This document shows, piece after piece, positions 8,137 through 17,577 of a DNA stretch of 38,067 nucleotides. Source of the DNA: a virus (Duplodnaviria > Caudoviricetes). The position numbers were made by a program, and so were the translations under genes. The stretch spans positions 1-38,067 of IMG/VR virus record IMGVR_UViG_3300048579_000348, one strand, 5' to 3'. The notes under the pieces are model-generated. The model was not told where the DNA came from. It made no database searches and saw nothing but the letters and a program-made list of their open reading frames with translations. The first letter of the stretch is position 1; each line of letters begins with the position of its first letter.

Positions 8137-9801
8137 TTATTTTTCAACAGCTTCAATTGTTGCGGTTTTTTCCTGAATATTTATATCGGATATTTTCTCG
8201 ATATAATATTCAGTGTCCTTATAATTGAATCTATTGTAAATTGTATAGTCGAAAAAATTCGGAAAATAAATTTTTAATTTTTTTGTTTTCTTTAAGTTTG
8301 TTAATAAATAATCGTACTGCAGAGCTGATAGATTAATTAAATTGTTATCCCAGTTCGCTCCGTTTTGTTTAGAGAATATCGATATCGGAGTGATTTTTTT
8401 GAATTTAATGTTATCATAGTAATACTGCAGATCACAATCATACATTGGAACGTCTATCCATAAGACATTCTCATCAGGATAATACCAATTTGGAAACCAG
8501 TTACTAACCCAGTTCTTTATATTTCCTTGAAAGTGTCCCATATGAGCATTTACAAAATGGTCTGAAAATTGTGTGATGGGAAAACCATTATCTATTCCAC
8601 CTGCAGATATAGCAAAATTATAATTCTCTTTTACTTTATTAGGCTCATATCTTTCGAGATAACAATTTTTAATACCCCAGTACTGATACTTTAAATCGAT
8701 TCCTTTATTACCTTCATTTTCCGAGATGACTTTTACATCCTGAATCAAATTTCCGTCTGACTTAAAAAATAACTTCAGTGTCATTTTATCATAAGTGTTA
8801 ATGTGCAAGTTATCAGTCGTAACTTTGAACATTATACCGAGCTGTTTAAATAACCCACAGAAGAAATCCCAGAGCTTTTCTTCCTTCATTACATTAAGTA
8901 AATCATAATACGCTTTAGGTACTTCGCCCGGGTACCATGCTGAGTATTTCTGCTGAATGTTTGTGACATCGTTCAAATTGCAATTTATGGTAGTAGCAAA
9001 CTTCTGTAAAAACTCGTTGTATGTTTCATTATAAGACCCTGCATTTATTGTATACCCCATTTGAAACAAGACAAGATTCTTCATAAAATCTGCAAGTTCT
9101 TTCTCCGCGCTGAATACGTTAAAAGTTATAATTTTTCCTTCGCCCGGAGTCAGGTTTTTATCCATACTTGAATAATCTATAAAACCGACCCGCTCATCCT
9201 GCCCGTCTTTATTGAATATCACACGGTAGATATACGCATCATCATTCTCAAAGAAATCAAAAATATCATACCCCAGGTTACTTCTTTGTCTTGATAAATT
9301 TGTGAGCTTGATATTCCAATCACTGCAGACATATTTATTATCTTTGTTAAAACCCTCTTCATTGAGTCCGCTAATAAAATCGACAGGCAATTCCGTTAAA
9401 TTAATGTAATCGATTACCCCCTCGTTTGTGTCTATTGTTCCGGAAAGAGGCGAAGTGAAGGAAGCATTAGAATTATATAAAAGGCTTCCGGTAATATTAG
9501 AATAAAAAGTATTTGTTATAGGGATATGAATAAGGGAATTGAAAATTCCTAAGTTTGTAGATTGGACTCCGCTTGCCAGCATAAAATTATAACCGGGATC
9601 AACATATAATTCAAAATGAATAAATGTTCCCTGGATGTAAAGTTTATAATATAATTTATCGCCGTAATCAGCATTATTCAACTGCAGGCAATTAATTATT
9701 TGATTATCATTATTATCACCATTGCTTGAGAGATAATAAATATTTGAAAAATAATTATTGTCGTTAGTGTGTTTATATTTGGTAATTTTAAGTGAGTACA
9801 T
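8137..9801 (-). CDS. Putative tail tip / hub protein
   Basis: Directly downstream of TMP (TAATG overlap); C-terminal EYYIEKI..ATIEAVE beta-barrel-like end. Confidence 0.5.
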   Translation of the reverse strand: MYSLKITKYKHTNDNNYFSNIYYLSSNGDNNDNQIINCLQLNNADYGDKLYYKLYIQGTFIHFELYVDPGYNFMLASGVQSTNLGIFNSLIHIPITNTFYSNITGSLLYNSNASFTSPLSGTIDTNEGVIDYINLTELPVDFISGLNEEGFNKDNKYVCSDWNIKLTNLSRQRSNLGYDIFDFFENDDAYIYRVIFNKDGQDERVGFIDYSSMDKNLTPGEGKIITFNVFSAEKELADFMKNLVLFQMGYTINAGSYNETYNEFLQKFATTINCNLNDVTNIQQKYSAWYPGEVPKAYYDLLNVMKEEKLWDFFCGLFKQLGIMFKVTTDNLHINTYDKMTLKLFFKSDGNLIQDVKVISENEGNKGIDLKYQYWGIKNCYLERYEPNKVKENYNFAISAGGIDNGFPITQFSDHFVNAHMGHFQGNIKNWVSNWFPNWYYPDENVLWIDVPMYDCDLQYYYDNIKFKKITPISIFSKQNGANWDNNLINLSALQYDYLLTNLKKTKKLKIYFPNFFDYTIYNRFNYKDTEYYIEKISDINIQEKTATIEAVEK

Positions 9802-12506
9802 TACCCCATAACTTTTTTATTTGCGTAAATGTTTGAGTTGATATTTTCATTATATATAACCTTGGTAATTTTATGCTTTTCAAGTTCAGACTGAACAATA
9901 GTTGTTAGATTTATTACAGGTCTTTCAGCTCTTACAGAATTGTATTTTGTAATATCTGTTTTAGAAACTGTTCCATTATACAGTGCAGGCATTTTATCAT
10001 ATCCAAGCCAGCTTAATAAATCTCTCGATTTTTTATTTCCAATAACCTTACTACCAGGTGCAAGATAAGCAACTTCACTATACGGGGTTGGTCTTCCCCC
10101 ATCATCACCGACAAGAGCCCATCCTCCCGGCCATTCGTTTGTTCCTTCGGATAATCCGAGTAAACTAAAGAAACCTCCTGAGCCCCCGCTTCCGATATTA
10201 AAAACCATCGATAAAAACGAAGCAAAGGAATTTGCAAGACTTAAACCTTGCGATATTCCATTCAAGAATTTACCAACAAACGAATCCGCTCCGATACCCA
10301 GTACATCGCTTACCTGCTGTGCAACCCCCACGCCCTGACTCATTGTATCAACTACTTTCTGAGCTGATGCCTCCTGTTTATTTCTTTCCTGCTCTTCAAT
10401 TTTTCTTTTAGTATCCCCTTGCTCAAATGAATAATCGGGCAAATCTCTTTTTTCCGGAGTGATATCTCCCTGAAACGTTTTGGTAACAGGTAATTCCCTT
10501 AAAGGATTTCCATACTCCTTTACAAGTTTGTTATAAGTTTCAATTAAATCATTTTTTAATTTCAACTGCTTAATGTCAGATGAATTAGAATCAATTGAAT
10601 CGGCCTTTGCTAACAACTGTTGTTTATCGAGCTCAATTTGTTCCCGGGTATAGTTGTTAAGATTTTTACTTAATGAAATTCGTGTTTCGATTTGCTCGAT
10701 TAAATTTCTTTCTTCAGAAATCTCCTCTTTTTTGTCTTTGCCCGATCCTGGCATTTTAACAGTCTCTCCGGATTCTTTTTTCTGAGCCATTAGTACGGCA
10801 TCCCGGATAGAAAGCTTAGGATTTTCTTTTCTTAGTTTAATGGCTTCCTGCTCGATGCGTAAGGATTTTTCCTGTTCGATTCTACGGTCCTGAACTACCT
10901 TATTAATTTCAGCTTCTTTTTTCGGGTCGATTGATTCGGTTTTGTATTTATCGATATCGCCAGGTTTATCCATAATACCGAAATACTGCAGGGAAGATTT
11001 TAAATTGTTCCAGGCTTTAAGTGCAAGAATAAACGGAGCGGAAATGACATTTGCGTATGTATTAAACCAGGTTGAAACATTAATCATTATACCCGTTAAA
11101 GTCCCGAGCTGGTCTCCTAACGTCTTAACGTCCTTAGTTGTACTTCCTATAACCTTGCCTCCGACAACCATCTCAGACATTGATTTTCCGAAATACTTTG
11201 TAAAATTATCGTACGCTACGGTTAAAGAGGTTAATTTATCTGCGTTATCCTGCTGTTTATTTTTAATCTCTTCTAAACTCTTCCCGTACAGTTCCATAGT
11301 GAACCGGGCTCTAAGCTGTGCCGTCGCTTCAGCTCCCAGATTTTCTGTCGTTGTACCGATTGACTTAGCATAATCATCGACGGCTTTATTTACTTTCCTT
11401 GTATCAATACCTATCTGTCCTAATACTCTTCCCTTATCCCTGCCGGTTTCGAAATAAGTTGTAAGCTTTGAAATTCCCTCTTCGATTGAGATGTTAAATG
11501 CATCTGAGGCATCCTCAGCAAAATTAAACATTTGTGCCTGTTGCAATGTACCATATTCAAGCTCCTGGAAGCTGTTGGACATTCTCATTATTTTATCATC
11601 GGAACGATTTCCTGCAAGGGCTTTATCGAAGAGTTCTAAATTTCTACGGGCTTTATCTTCGCTTCCGGCAATTCTTTCAAAACTATTTTCTAATACTCCG
11701 AAGTCTGCACCCTCGAGCATTATTTGATAAGCTTGCTTTACTTTGTCTACTACTAACCGGTATCCTTCAACAAATCCCGCAATAGCAATAGTCATATCCC
11801 TTAAAAAGCCAAGTTTATTGCCTCCACCTTGCAAACTTTTTAACTGAGCTTCAAGCTCTCGAAGTTTCGCGCTGTATTTTGTATACTCATCAGAACCAAT
11901 AGCAACGCTGTGTTTAAGCTCTTTGAAATATTTAATTTGTTCTTTTAAAGCATCGACACTACCCAGCGTAGTAGATTGCCCGGTAAGTTTTGAATCAGGT
12001 TTTTGACCGAACAAATTATTATACATTCTTTGCTGTTCGATACGTGAACGTTCAGCATCTCTTTTTGCTATTTCGTTTTGTTGCTTTTCAAAATCCTTGT
12101 TTTCCCTGGTAAGCTGTTTTTCTTTTTCCTTTTCTTTTTTCAAAAAGTTCTGATACTCTTTTTCAACATTTTTCTTTTCAGCAGATTTTTGCTTTTCAAG
12201 ATTAATAACTTCTTGCTTTGCTTTTTCTTCCTGCTTTACAAATTCGTCATGCTGTTGAGAGAGTGAGCGCTGAAGAGAATCAAGTATTTGTTTACGGTCT
12301 TTTGCTTCCTGCTGATTTATCTGTTTTATCTTATCAGATTTTTGCTTTTCAAGATTAATATTATCCTGAGCTAAATATTTTTCATATTCAGCATAAGCTT
12401 TATCCTGTTCGACAAGAGAACGGATGGTTTGCCTGAGTATACGCTCTTTTTCTACAACCTGTTTGTCATCAATCCGAAATATAATATTTAATTCATTAGC
12501 GTTCAT
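9801..12506 (-). CDS. Tail tape measure protein
   Basis: 901 aa, long helical/coiled-coil with amphipathic stretches; C-terminal EGT..WPGGWALVG..EV..L.PGSKV motif. Confidence 0.88.
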   Translation of the reverse strand: MNANELNIIFRIDDKQVVEKERILRQTIRSLVEQDKAYAEYEKYLAQDNINLEKQKSDKIKQINQQEAKDRKQILDSLQRSLSQQHDEFVKQEEKAKQEVINLEKQKSAEKKNVEKEYQNFLKKEKEKEKQLTRENKDFEKQQNEIAKRDAERSRIEQQRMYNNLFGQKPDSKLTGQSTTLGSVDALKEQIKYFKELKHSVAIGSDEYTKYSAKLRELEAQLKSLQGGGNKLGFLRDMTIAIAGFVEGYRLVVDKVKQAYQIMLEGADFGVLENSFERIAGSEDKARRNLELFDKALAGNRSDDKIMRMSNSFQELEYGTLQQAQMFNFAEDASDAFNISIEEGISKLTTYFETGRDKGRVLGQIGIDTRKVNKAVDDYAKSIGTTTENLGAEATAQLRARFTMELYGKSLEEIKNKQQDNADKLTSLTVAYDNFTKYFGKSMSEMVVGGKVIGSTTKDVKTLGDQLGTLTGIMINVSTWFNTYANVISAPFILALKAWNNLKSSLQYFGIMDKPGDIDKYKTESIDPKKEAEINKVVQDRRIEQEKSLRIEQEAIKLRKENPKLSIRDAVLMAQKKESGETVKMPGSGKDKKEEISEERNLIEQIETRISLSKNLNNYTREQIELDKQQLLAKADSIDSNSSDIKQLKLKNDLIETYNKLVKEYGNPLRELPVTKTFQGDITPEKRDLPDYSFEQGDTKRKIEEQERNKQEASAQKVVDTMSQGVGVAQQVSDVLGIGADSFVGKFLNGISQGLSLANSFASFLSMVFNIGSGGSGGFFSLLGLSEGTNEWPGGWALVGDDGGRPTPYSEVAYLAPGSKVIGNKKSRDLLSWLGYDKMPALYNGTVSKTDITKYNSVRAERPVINLTTIVQSELEKHKITKVIYNENINSNIYANKKVMG

Positions 12507-12940
12507 TATTCATTATAGGCTGTTAAAAGATTATTAATTTTATCTTTCATCTCTGAAGTAATTTGAAAGAAATGTGTTGGCGTTATACCTTTTACAATAT
12601 GACCTTTCGAAAAGAATCTTTTCCCATCCTGCACCCATGATAGGGCTTTACCGGGCGGCATCATTCCACCAAGGGGAACCGGGTGTGACCTTGTTCCTGA
12701 ATGAAGCCATGAGAAAAGTTTCAATTTATCATCTGAAGGGATAATAGAGACTTGATTATCTGACAGGAGGAAATGAATATTGTTACCAATAGTTTTCCAG
12801 TTTTTATCTGAAGCAAATTTTCTAATACAGTCAAAAGCAATATCCTTAACCTTAATTAAAATCTCCTTTTTTAAATTATTTTCAAGGTTATGGAGACTGA
12901 CAAAAATACCTTCATTTTCTATTATTTTAAACTGAATCAT
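12506..12940 (-). CDS. HK97 gp10-like neck / tail-completion protein
   Basis: LHSGTRSHPV...ALSW..GKRFF...VKGITPTHFF pattern. Confidence 0.6.
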   Translation of the reverse strand: MIQFKIIENEGIFVSLHNLENNLKKEILIKVKDIAFDCIRKFASDKNWKTIGNNIHFLLSDNQVSIIPSDDKLKLFSWLHSGTRSHPVPLGGMMPPGKALSWVQDGKRFFSKGHIVKGITPTHFFQITSEMKDKINNLLTAYNE

Positions 12941-13706
12941 TTCTTTGGCTGTGATTGAAAAATTTCATTTGCTTTTTTATTTGTATCTCTACAGTACCAT
13001 TCCCAGTACTGAAGTTCTGTTATTTTGTCTGCAACCTCTTCCGGGTGCATACCGAAAGCCGCAGCATAATCTATTATCATATTATCGTATATAAAGCAAT
13101 ATGGGTCATTTAGCGATTCAGGAACTGGCTTGAAATTTGAGTGTTTTTTCAACCACGTAAAAGTACCGGCATAACATAATAAAGTATTCTCTATAAGGTT
13201 AATTTCCGCCAGTTCTCGAAAAAAAAATCATTTAGTACTTGATTGGCTATTGTAGAAAGCTTCCAATAATCTTTTTCAAAATCGAATGCAATTGAGTCTA
13301 AATCGTATTTTACGTCTTTTCTCTCGATGAAATGATTGAAGATTTCAGGAAGTATTTCTTTTTTTTCTGCAATAAGTACTAAAGAAAGTTGTATATCTGT
13401 TGAAGAAATTTTAAGCTCCCGGATTTTTGTAAAATCAAAAGGTTTAATATACTCTTTATCGAGAGCTTTGTTTTCATCTTCAATAATTTTTTTGAAATCC
13501 TTATGTAAAAGCCAAAACGTTGCTCTTTTTACTCCGAGATTGTTTCTTACAAGTTTTAATTTATTGCCTTTATACTTGTAGACTCCGTAGTTTCTACTTT
13601 TTATTTTTTTAACTATAAAAAGAAAAACTGCAGTAAAAATAAAAGCAACTACAACAAAGGCATAAACTATAAATAAATATCGGGCAATATCATTAATAAA
13701 ATTCAT
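12937..13706 (-). CDS. Tail assembly chaperone, extended GT form produced by -1 frameshift at 13219-13227
   Basis: The frame of ORF 12937-13152 is the -1 frame of 13191-13706 and is open from the T9 run (FRELAEINLIENTLLCYAGTFTWLKKH...). Confidence 0.8.
13191..13706 (-). CDS. Tail assembly chaperone (G form) with N-terminal TM helix
   Basis: Follows the major tail gene; ends DFFF at the slippery GAT TTT TTT TTC. Confidence 0.8.
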   Translation of the reverse strand: MNFINDIARYLFIVYAFVVVAFIFTAVFLFIVKKIKSRNYGVYKYKGNKLKLVRNNLGVKRATFWLLHKDFKKIIEDENKALDKEYIKPFDFTKIRELKISSTDIQLSLVLIAEKKEILPEIFNHFIERKDVKYDLDSIAFDFEKDYWKLSTIANQVLNDFFFENWRKLTL

Positions 13707-13715
13707 ATCATTTAA

Positions 13716-14354
13716 TTAAAAAGTTTTTTCAACTGCTTTTACATCGAACGGTCTTTCGTCCGGATTAACTGTGAAGCTGAGAGCGTGATAACCTGTATCC
13801 GACAGTTCCAGTTTCGCCTGCATATCTTCAGGGAACGGGTCAACTACCGGAGGACCTGCATCGTACTCTCTTTCCACAACTACCGGAGGTTTGAAGCACT
13901 GTAAAACGAGATTAGATTCCTTTTCAGGAGCCTTATCTGTTATTGCTTCAGGAAACTCAACGTTTGGAACGTAACGGATTTGTTCCTGATTCTTGCCTCC
14001 AGCTGATAAATCACCATCCGGACCGAACGGGACTATGATTTCAAAACGCTTTCCGACTGCGAGCTTAGTCAAGAAATCAATCATCTTCGTTGTATACTGA
14101 ATAGATTTTATCTTGATTGTGAAATCAAGCTCACCTCGCTTTGTGAATGCAGGTTTCTTATCAGCGGCATTCTGCACTGTTTTCTTTGGGTCATAATTCC
14201 ATTCGTTCTCAAGAACGATAGGAAGATTTAACCATATCTCGTCCGCTGTCTGACCGTTATCGTCCTCATCAACAAGATGAGCCCATAGCCAACGGCTTCC
14301 TGCAGATTCGTTGTTATCAGGGACAAGGTCATTTGCTATTGTAGGAGCTGGCAT
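13716..14354 (-). CDS. Major tail tube protein
   Basis: 212 aa, acidic and Pro-rich; between the neck genes and the frameshifted chaperone. Confidence 0.7.
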   Translation of the reverse strand: MPAPTIANDLVPDNNESAGSRWLWAHLVDEDDNGQTADEIWLNLPIVLENEWNYDPKKTVQNAADKKPAFTKRGELDFTIKIKSIQYTTKMIDFLTKLAVGKRFEIIVPFGPDGDLSAGGKNQEQIRYVPNVEFPEAITDKAPEKESNLVLQCFKPPVVVEREYDAGPPVVDPFPEDMQAKLELSDTGYHALSFTVNPDERPFDVKAVEKTF

Positions 14355-14392
14355 TTTAAATTTTCCTTTCTAAATAAATTTATAAAAATGAA

Positions 14393-14872
14393 TTAAATAT
14401 TTTTTTGTCTTACTGTTACTTTAAAATCACTGAATTGAACTTCGACATATTCCTCAGTATCAACATTAAATATCTTCACATCACTAAAAGTATGACTAAC
14501 GTAACTCATATCTGAAGCTGAAACTTTACGAAAATTATTCTTACTGGTTAAATAGAGATTTAAAGAATTCCAGATATTTAATATATCTGTAGTAGAATTT
14601 TCCCTTGAAACCTCGTCTGCAATTCCGATATAAAAATATAATTCCCATTCAAAAGGCTTTCCTGATGCATCCTTACGGGCGACTTTTGTGTTATAGATTA
14701 TCGCAAAAGCGGCCGGGTATTCATAACTTGCCAGCTTAGTCTTATCAGGAATAAAGGGATAAAAAGAATTCACGTTAACGAAATAACCATTCCCTATGGA
14801 CATTTCCTTAAACTCCTTGTCAAGAAGTGCAAAAAATTCTATATTAAAATATTTTTTTTCCTCGTCAGACAT
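14393..14872 (-). CDS. Putative tail terminator
   Basis: MSIGNGY..V and YPAAFAI motifs; size and position before the tube gene. Confidence 0.55.
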   Translation of the reverse strand: MSDEEKKYFNIEFFALLDKEFKEMSIGNGYFVNVNSFYPFIPDKTKLASYEYPAAFAIIYNTKVARKDASGKPFEWELYFYIGIADEVSRENSTTDILNIWNSLNLYLTSKNNFRKVSASDMSYVSHTFSDVKIFNVDTEEYVEVQFSDFKVTVRQKNI

Positions 14873-15740
14873 TTACAAATTCATAAGATTTAAGTTCAAG
14901 ATTAATGTATTCGGATAGTTCCTTATCGCTACGAAATACCTTGCCGCTACTACCTGAGGCATTCATATTCGTTGACGCAAGTCCAAAGCGTGAATCCCTA
15001 AGCGAAGAGTTATTGTAAATTTGTGTTGCAATGAGTTTGATGCATTTTTTCAATTTCTTTGGAATCGATAAATCACTATTGACTTCATATTCTACGGTCC
15101 CGCCTGCGGTGTAATCACCATCGCCTAAGTCAAACTGAATTGTAATTGTTGTATCATCTTTAGCAATAATTCTAAAGATTCCCTTCGGATTGTTCTCAAA
15201 ATCAACTATACCATCGATTCTAATTACATCGCCGTTATTCCTGGTATGACTTCCGATTGTAAATATTGCAGTTGCTCCTTGTTCGTTTTCTCCTGAGGCA
15301 ACTGCAGTGATAGCCTTCGAAACAAAATTGTCTTTATAACCGTGATATAATTCGATGACGTTAACTGCATTCCTGAAGTAATATCCCTGCAGAAGCTTTA
15401 AGAGTCCTGATTTACTATCGATATAAATCCCTGATGTGATTCCTGAATTATTCGAAGATATGATATCGGTTAATCCATTACTGGGATCTACATATTGAAT
15501 CTTTGTTATGATATCGACAGGAAAGTATAAGTAAAGAGATTTTCTATGCCCGCAGGTTTTATCATAGCTGTAATCAACCGTAAAAGTATTTTTACAGTAA
15601 GCTAATTTTTGATTACAGATTTCTTCTGCAGTATCGACAGCCTCATCGATGCAGTCCTGAATGAATTCATCTAATTCCTCCTGCCCGGTGTTCGCAGGTT
15701 TAATCTGAAGCCAATATTTTAAGTCATCGATTGTAATCAT
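14865..15740 (-). CDS. Head-tail connector (HK97 gp6 / SPP1 gp15-like) with an inserted beta domain
   Basis: MITIDDLKYWL..AEEICNQ N-terminus, IELYHGY, and IPKKLKKCIKLIATQIY C-terminus. Confidence 0.8.
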   Translation of the reverse strand: MITIDDLKYWLQIKPANTGQEELDEFIQDCIDEAVDTAEEICNQKLAYCKNTFTVDYSYDKTCGHRKSLYLYFPVDIITKIQYVDPSNGLTDIISSNNSGITSGIYIDSKSGLLKLLQGYYFRNAVNVIELYHGYKDNFVSKAITAVASGENEQGATAIFTIGSHTRNNGDVIRIDGIVDFENNPKGIFRIIAKDDTTITIQFDLGDGDYTAGGTVEYEVNSDLSIPKKLKKCIKLIATQIYNNSSLRDSRFGLASTNMNASGSSGKVFRSDKELSEYINLELKSYEFVNV

Positions 15741-16045
15741 TATTTCGCGGGTTCAATTTTCTTTCCGATTTGCTTTGCTCTTTCTTCAGTAAGTTCTACA
15801 ACCATTCCTACATGGTAGGTTGCATGACCTTCGACAATAGCGCCTGAGACAACCTTGTATAACTTGGTTTTATTGCCTTTATTACCCTTACCGCTTTTAT
15901 TATCAGGAGGATTTTTTTTATCATCCTGTTTTTTCTCTTCCGGAGCCTGATTGTTTTCAGTGCCTTTATTACCCTCTTGGGATTTACCGTCCTTGTTCGG
16001 ATTCGGAGCCTGAGGGTCGGTGTCTTTGTCTTTATTTTTTGCCAT
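15740..16045 (-). CDS. Small head-associated protein (disordered N-terminus, short folded C-terminus)
   Basis: K/N/D-rich N-half, then YHVGMVVELTEERAKQI, typical of small ORFs after capsid genes. Confidence 0.55.
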   Translation of the reverse strand: MAKNKDKDTDPQAPNPNKDGKSQEGNKGTENNQAPEEKKQDDKKNPPDNKSGKGNKGNKTKLYKVVSGAIVEGHATYHVGMVVELTEERAKQIGKKIEPAK

Positions 16046-16080
16046 TTGAAAATTAATTAAATTTTAAAATGATTTTTTAA

Positions 16081-16110
16081 TTAAAGGGAAGTAACTTAAT
16101 ACTTCCCTTC
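16081..16110 (-). terminator. Hairpin / weak terminator after the major capsid gene
   Basis: AAGGGAAGTA-(7 nt)-TACTTCCCTT perfect 10-bp stem. Confidence 0.65.
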
Positions 16111-16131
16111 TTTAATTTTATAAAATGAATT

Positions 16132-17547
16132 TTATTCGTGTGCAGTTTTCCACTGTAATATTCTTATTGGGAATGGAATCTTAATATCTGCACGGTGTCT
16201 TATTCTTATTCCCCACATATCCTGTTGCCATAGGTTTATTGTCTTTGCCGGCTCGACTGATTCATCAATAATTGTAGCCTGATTAGATACATCGATTAAC
16301 AGATTGTTTTTATATCCGCCATAAATCTTTTTGAAATTACCGAACGAAAGAACAGGTTTATCTGCAACGTTCGTTAATTCTGCGGTGGACAGACAAGAAT
16401 CGGAAATGTTAACCGGATAACCGCGGAGCATTTTATTTTTAACATCGAGCTCGGAAAGCAGCATCGGGGAATTATCAAGGTCCGGATTTAAAGGAACTGT
16501 CTGCAGATAACCCCACACATCGTTCGACATATACCATTCAGCATTAACCATGTCAATTGCCCTTAAACCATGCATACCTGCAATGATTTCAGGACCGGTT
16601 AAAGAACTGTATGTTTTGGTTGTAAGATGCTTAACGGTTACATCGTGACCGGGAATACCTAAAATGAACTCATCCCCTCTGAAAAGTGCATTATCGTATA
16701 CGATACCGAAATAGGTATTTGCATTCATTCTGATAACGGATTCCAAATCAACTGAGGAGTCCTGCATAAACTCATCTGTCCAGGGAATAATAAATCCGTA
16801 TTTCTGGAGTTCGAATTTAACCTGTTTCCATATCAATTTAAGAACTGAGATATTTTCAGATTCACCGACCCTTTTCGGTACCGGCGCATACTGAGCATCA
16901 AGGGCAGGATACTTCAAAGTATTTGAAATCATCTGAACCAGTGATAACTTATTCCAGAAAATTCCCTGTTCCCTTAAGTCATCAAATATTGCTTTTGCTG
17001 TTGGTTCAGGAATAAGAAATCCGCCTTCTGCAGGTGTAGTTTCATTTGCATACCCAATTGTATTTCTCAATCCCAAAAGGATTGTAGCATCTTCGGGCTT
17101 TATAATACCCCTTGCATGCTGGTACAAAAGACGTCCGTACCTGTTAAATCCAAGGCGATTTTTTTCCGTATCATCTGCAGTTTTTTCTACATCCGACAGT
17201 AAAGAGTCATACCATTTTTTGTTGACTGCGTTCTGCTGTTCGGGGATTTTTATTTTATCTGCAATTGCCTGAATTTTCTCCAGTACCGGTTCTATAAAAC
17301 CATTTTTGAAACCTTCTGTTATTTGATTCTTCAGCTCGGTCAGCAGTTCAGGTTTGAAGAGAACAACCTTATTCATAGATTCCGTAATCTTATTAATTGT
17401 TTCCTCATCCAAAGCAATAGGAGTTGTTGCCAGTGTGATAAGCGGAAGGAACTGTGGAGCTGAAAGAAAAGCGAATACCCCTGCAAGCAGGAATATAAAT
17501 GCAAGTATCATTCTGACTCGCATTGATTTTAAAATTTTTCTTTTCAT
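16132..17547 (-). CDS. Major capsid protein, HK97 fold, with hydrophobic N-terminal extension
   Basis: EGGFLIPE, LRGYPV, FGNFK and INLWQQDMWGIR motifs. Confidence 0.93.
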   Translation of the reverse strand: MKRKILKSMRVRMILAFIFLLAGVFAFLSAPQFLPLITLATTPIALDEETINKITESMNKVVLFKPELLTELKNQITEGFKNGFIEPVLEKIQAIADKIKIPEQQNAVNKKWYDSLLSDVEKTADDTEKNRLGFNRYGRLLYQHARGIIKPEDATILLGLRNTIGYANETTPAEGGFLIPEPTAKAIFDDLREQGIFWNKLSLVQMISNTLKYPALDAQYAPVPKRVGESENISVLKLIWKQVKFELQKYGFIIPWTDEFMQDSSVDLESVIRMNANTYFGIVYDNALFRGDEFILGIPGHDVTVKHLTTKTYSSLTGPEIIAGMHGLRAIDMVNAEWYMSNDVWGYLQTVPLNPDLDNSPMLLSELDVKNKMLRGYPVNISDSCLSTAELTNVADKPVLSFGNFKKIYGGYKNNLLIDVSNQATIIDESVEPAKTINLWQQDMWGIRIRHRADIKIPFPIRILQWKTAHE

Positions 17548-17577
17548 ATTTTGTTATTTAAAGATTAATAAAAGAGT

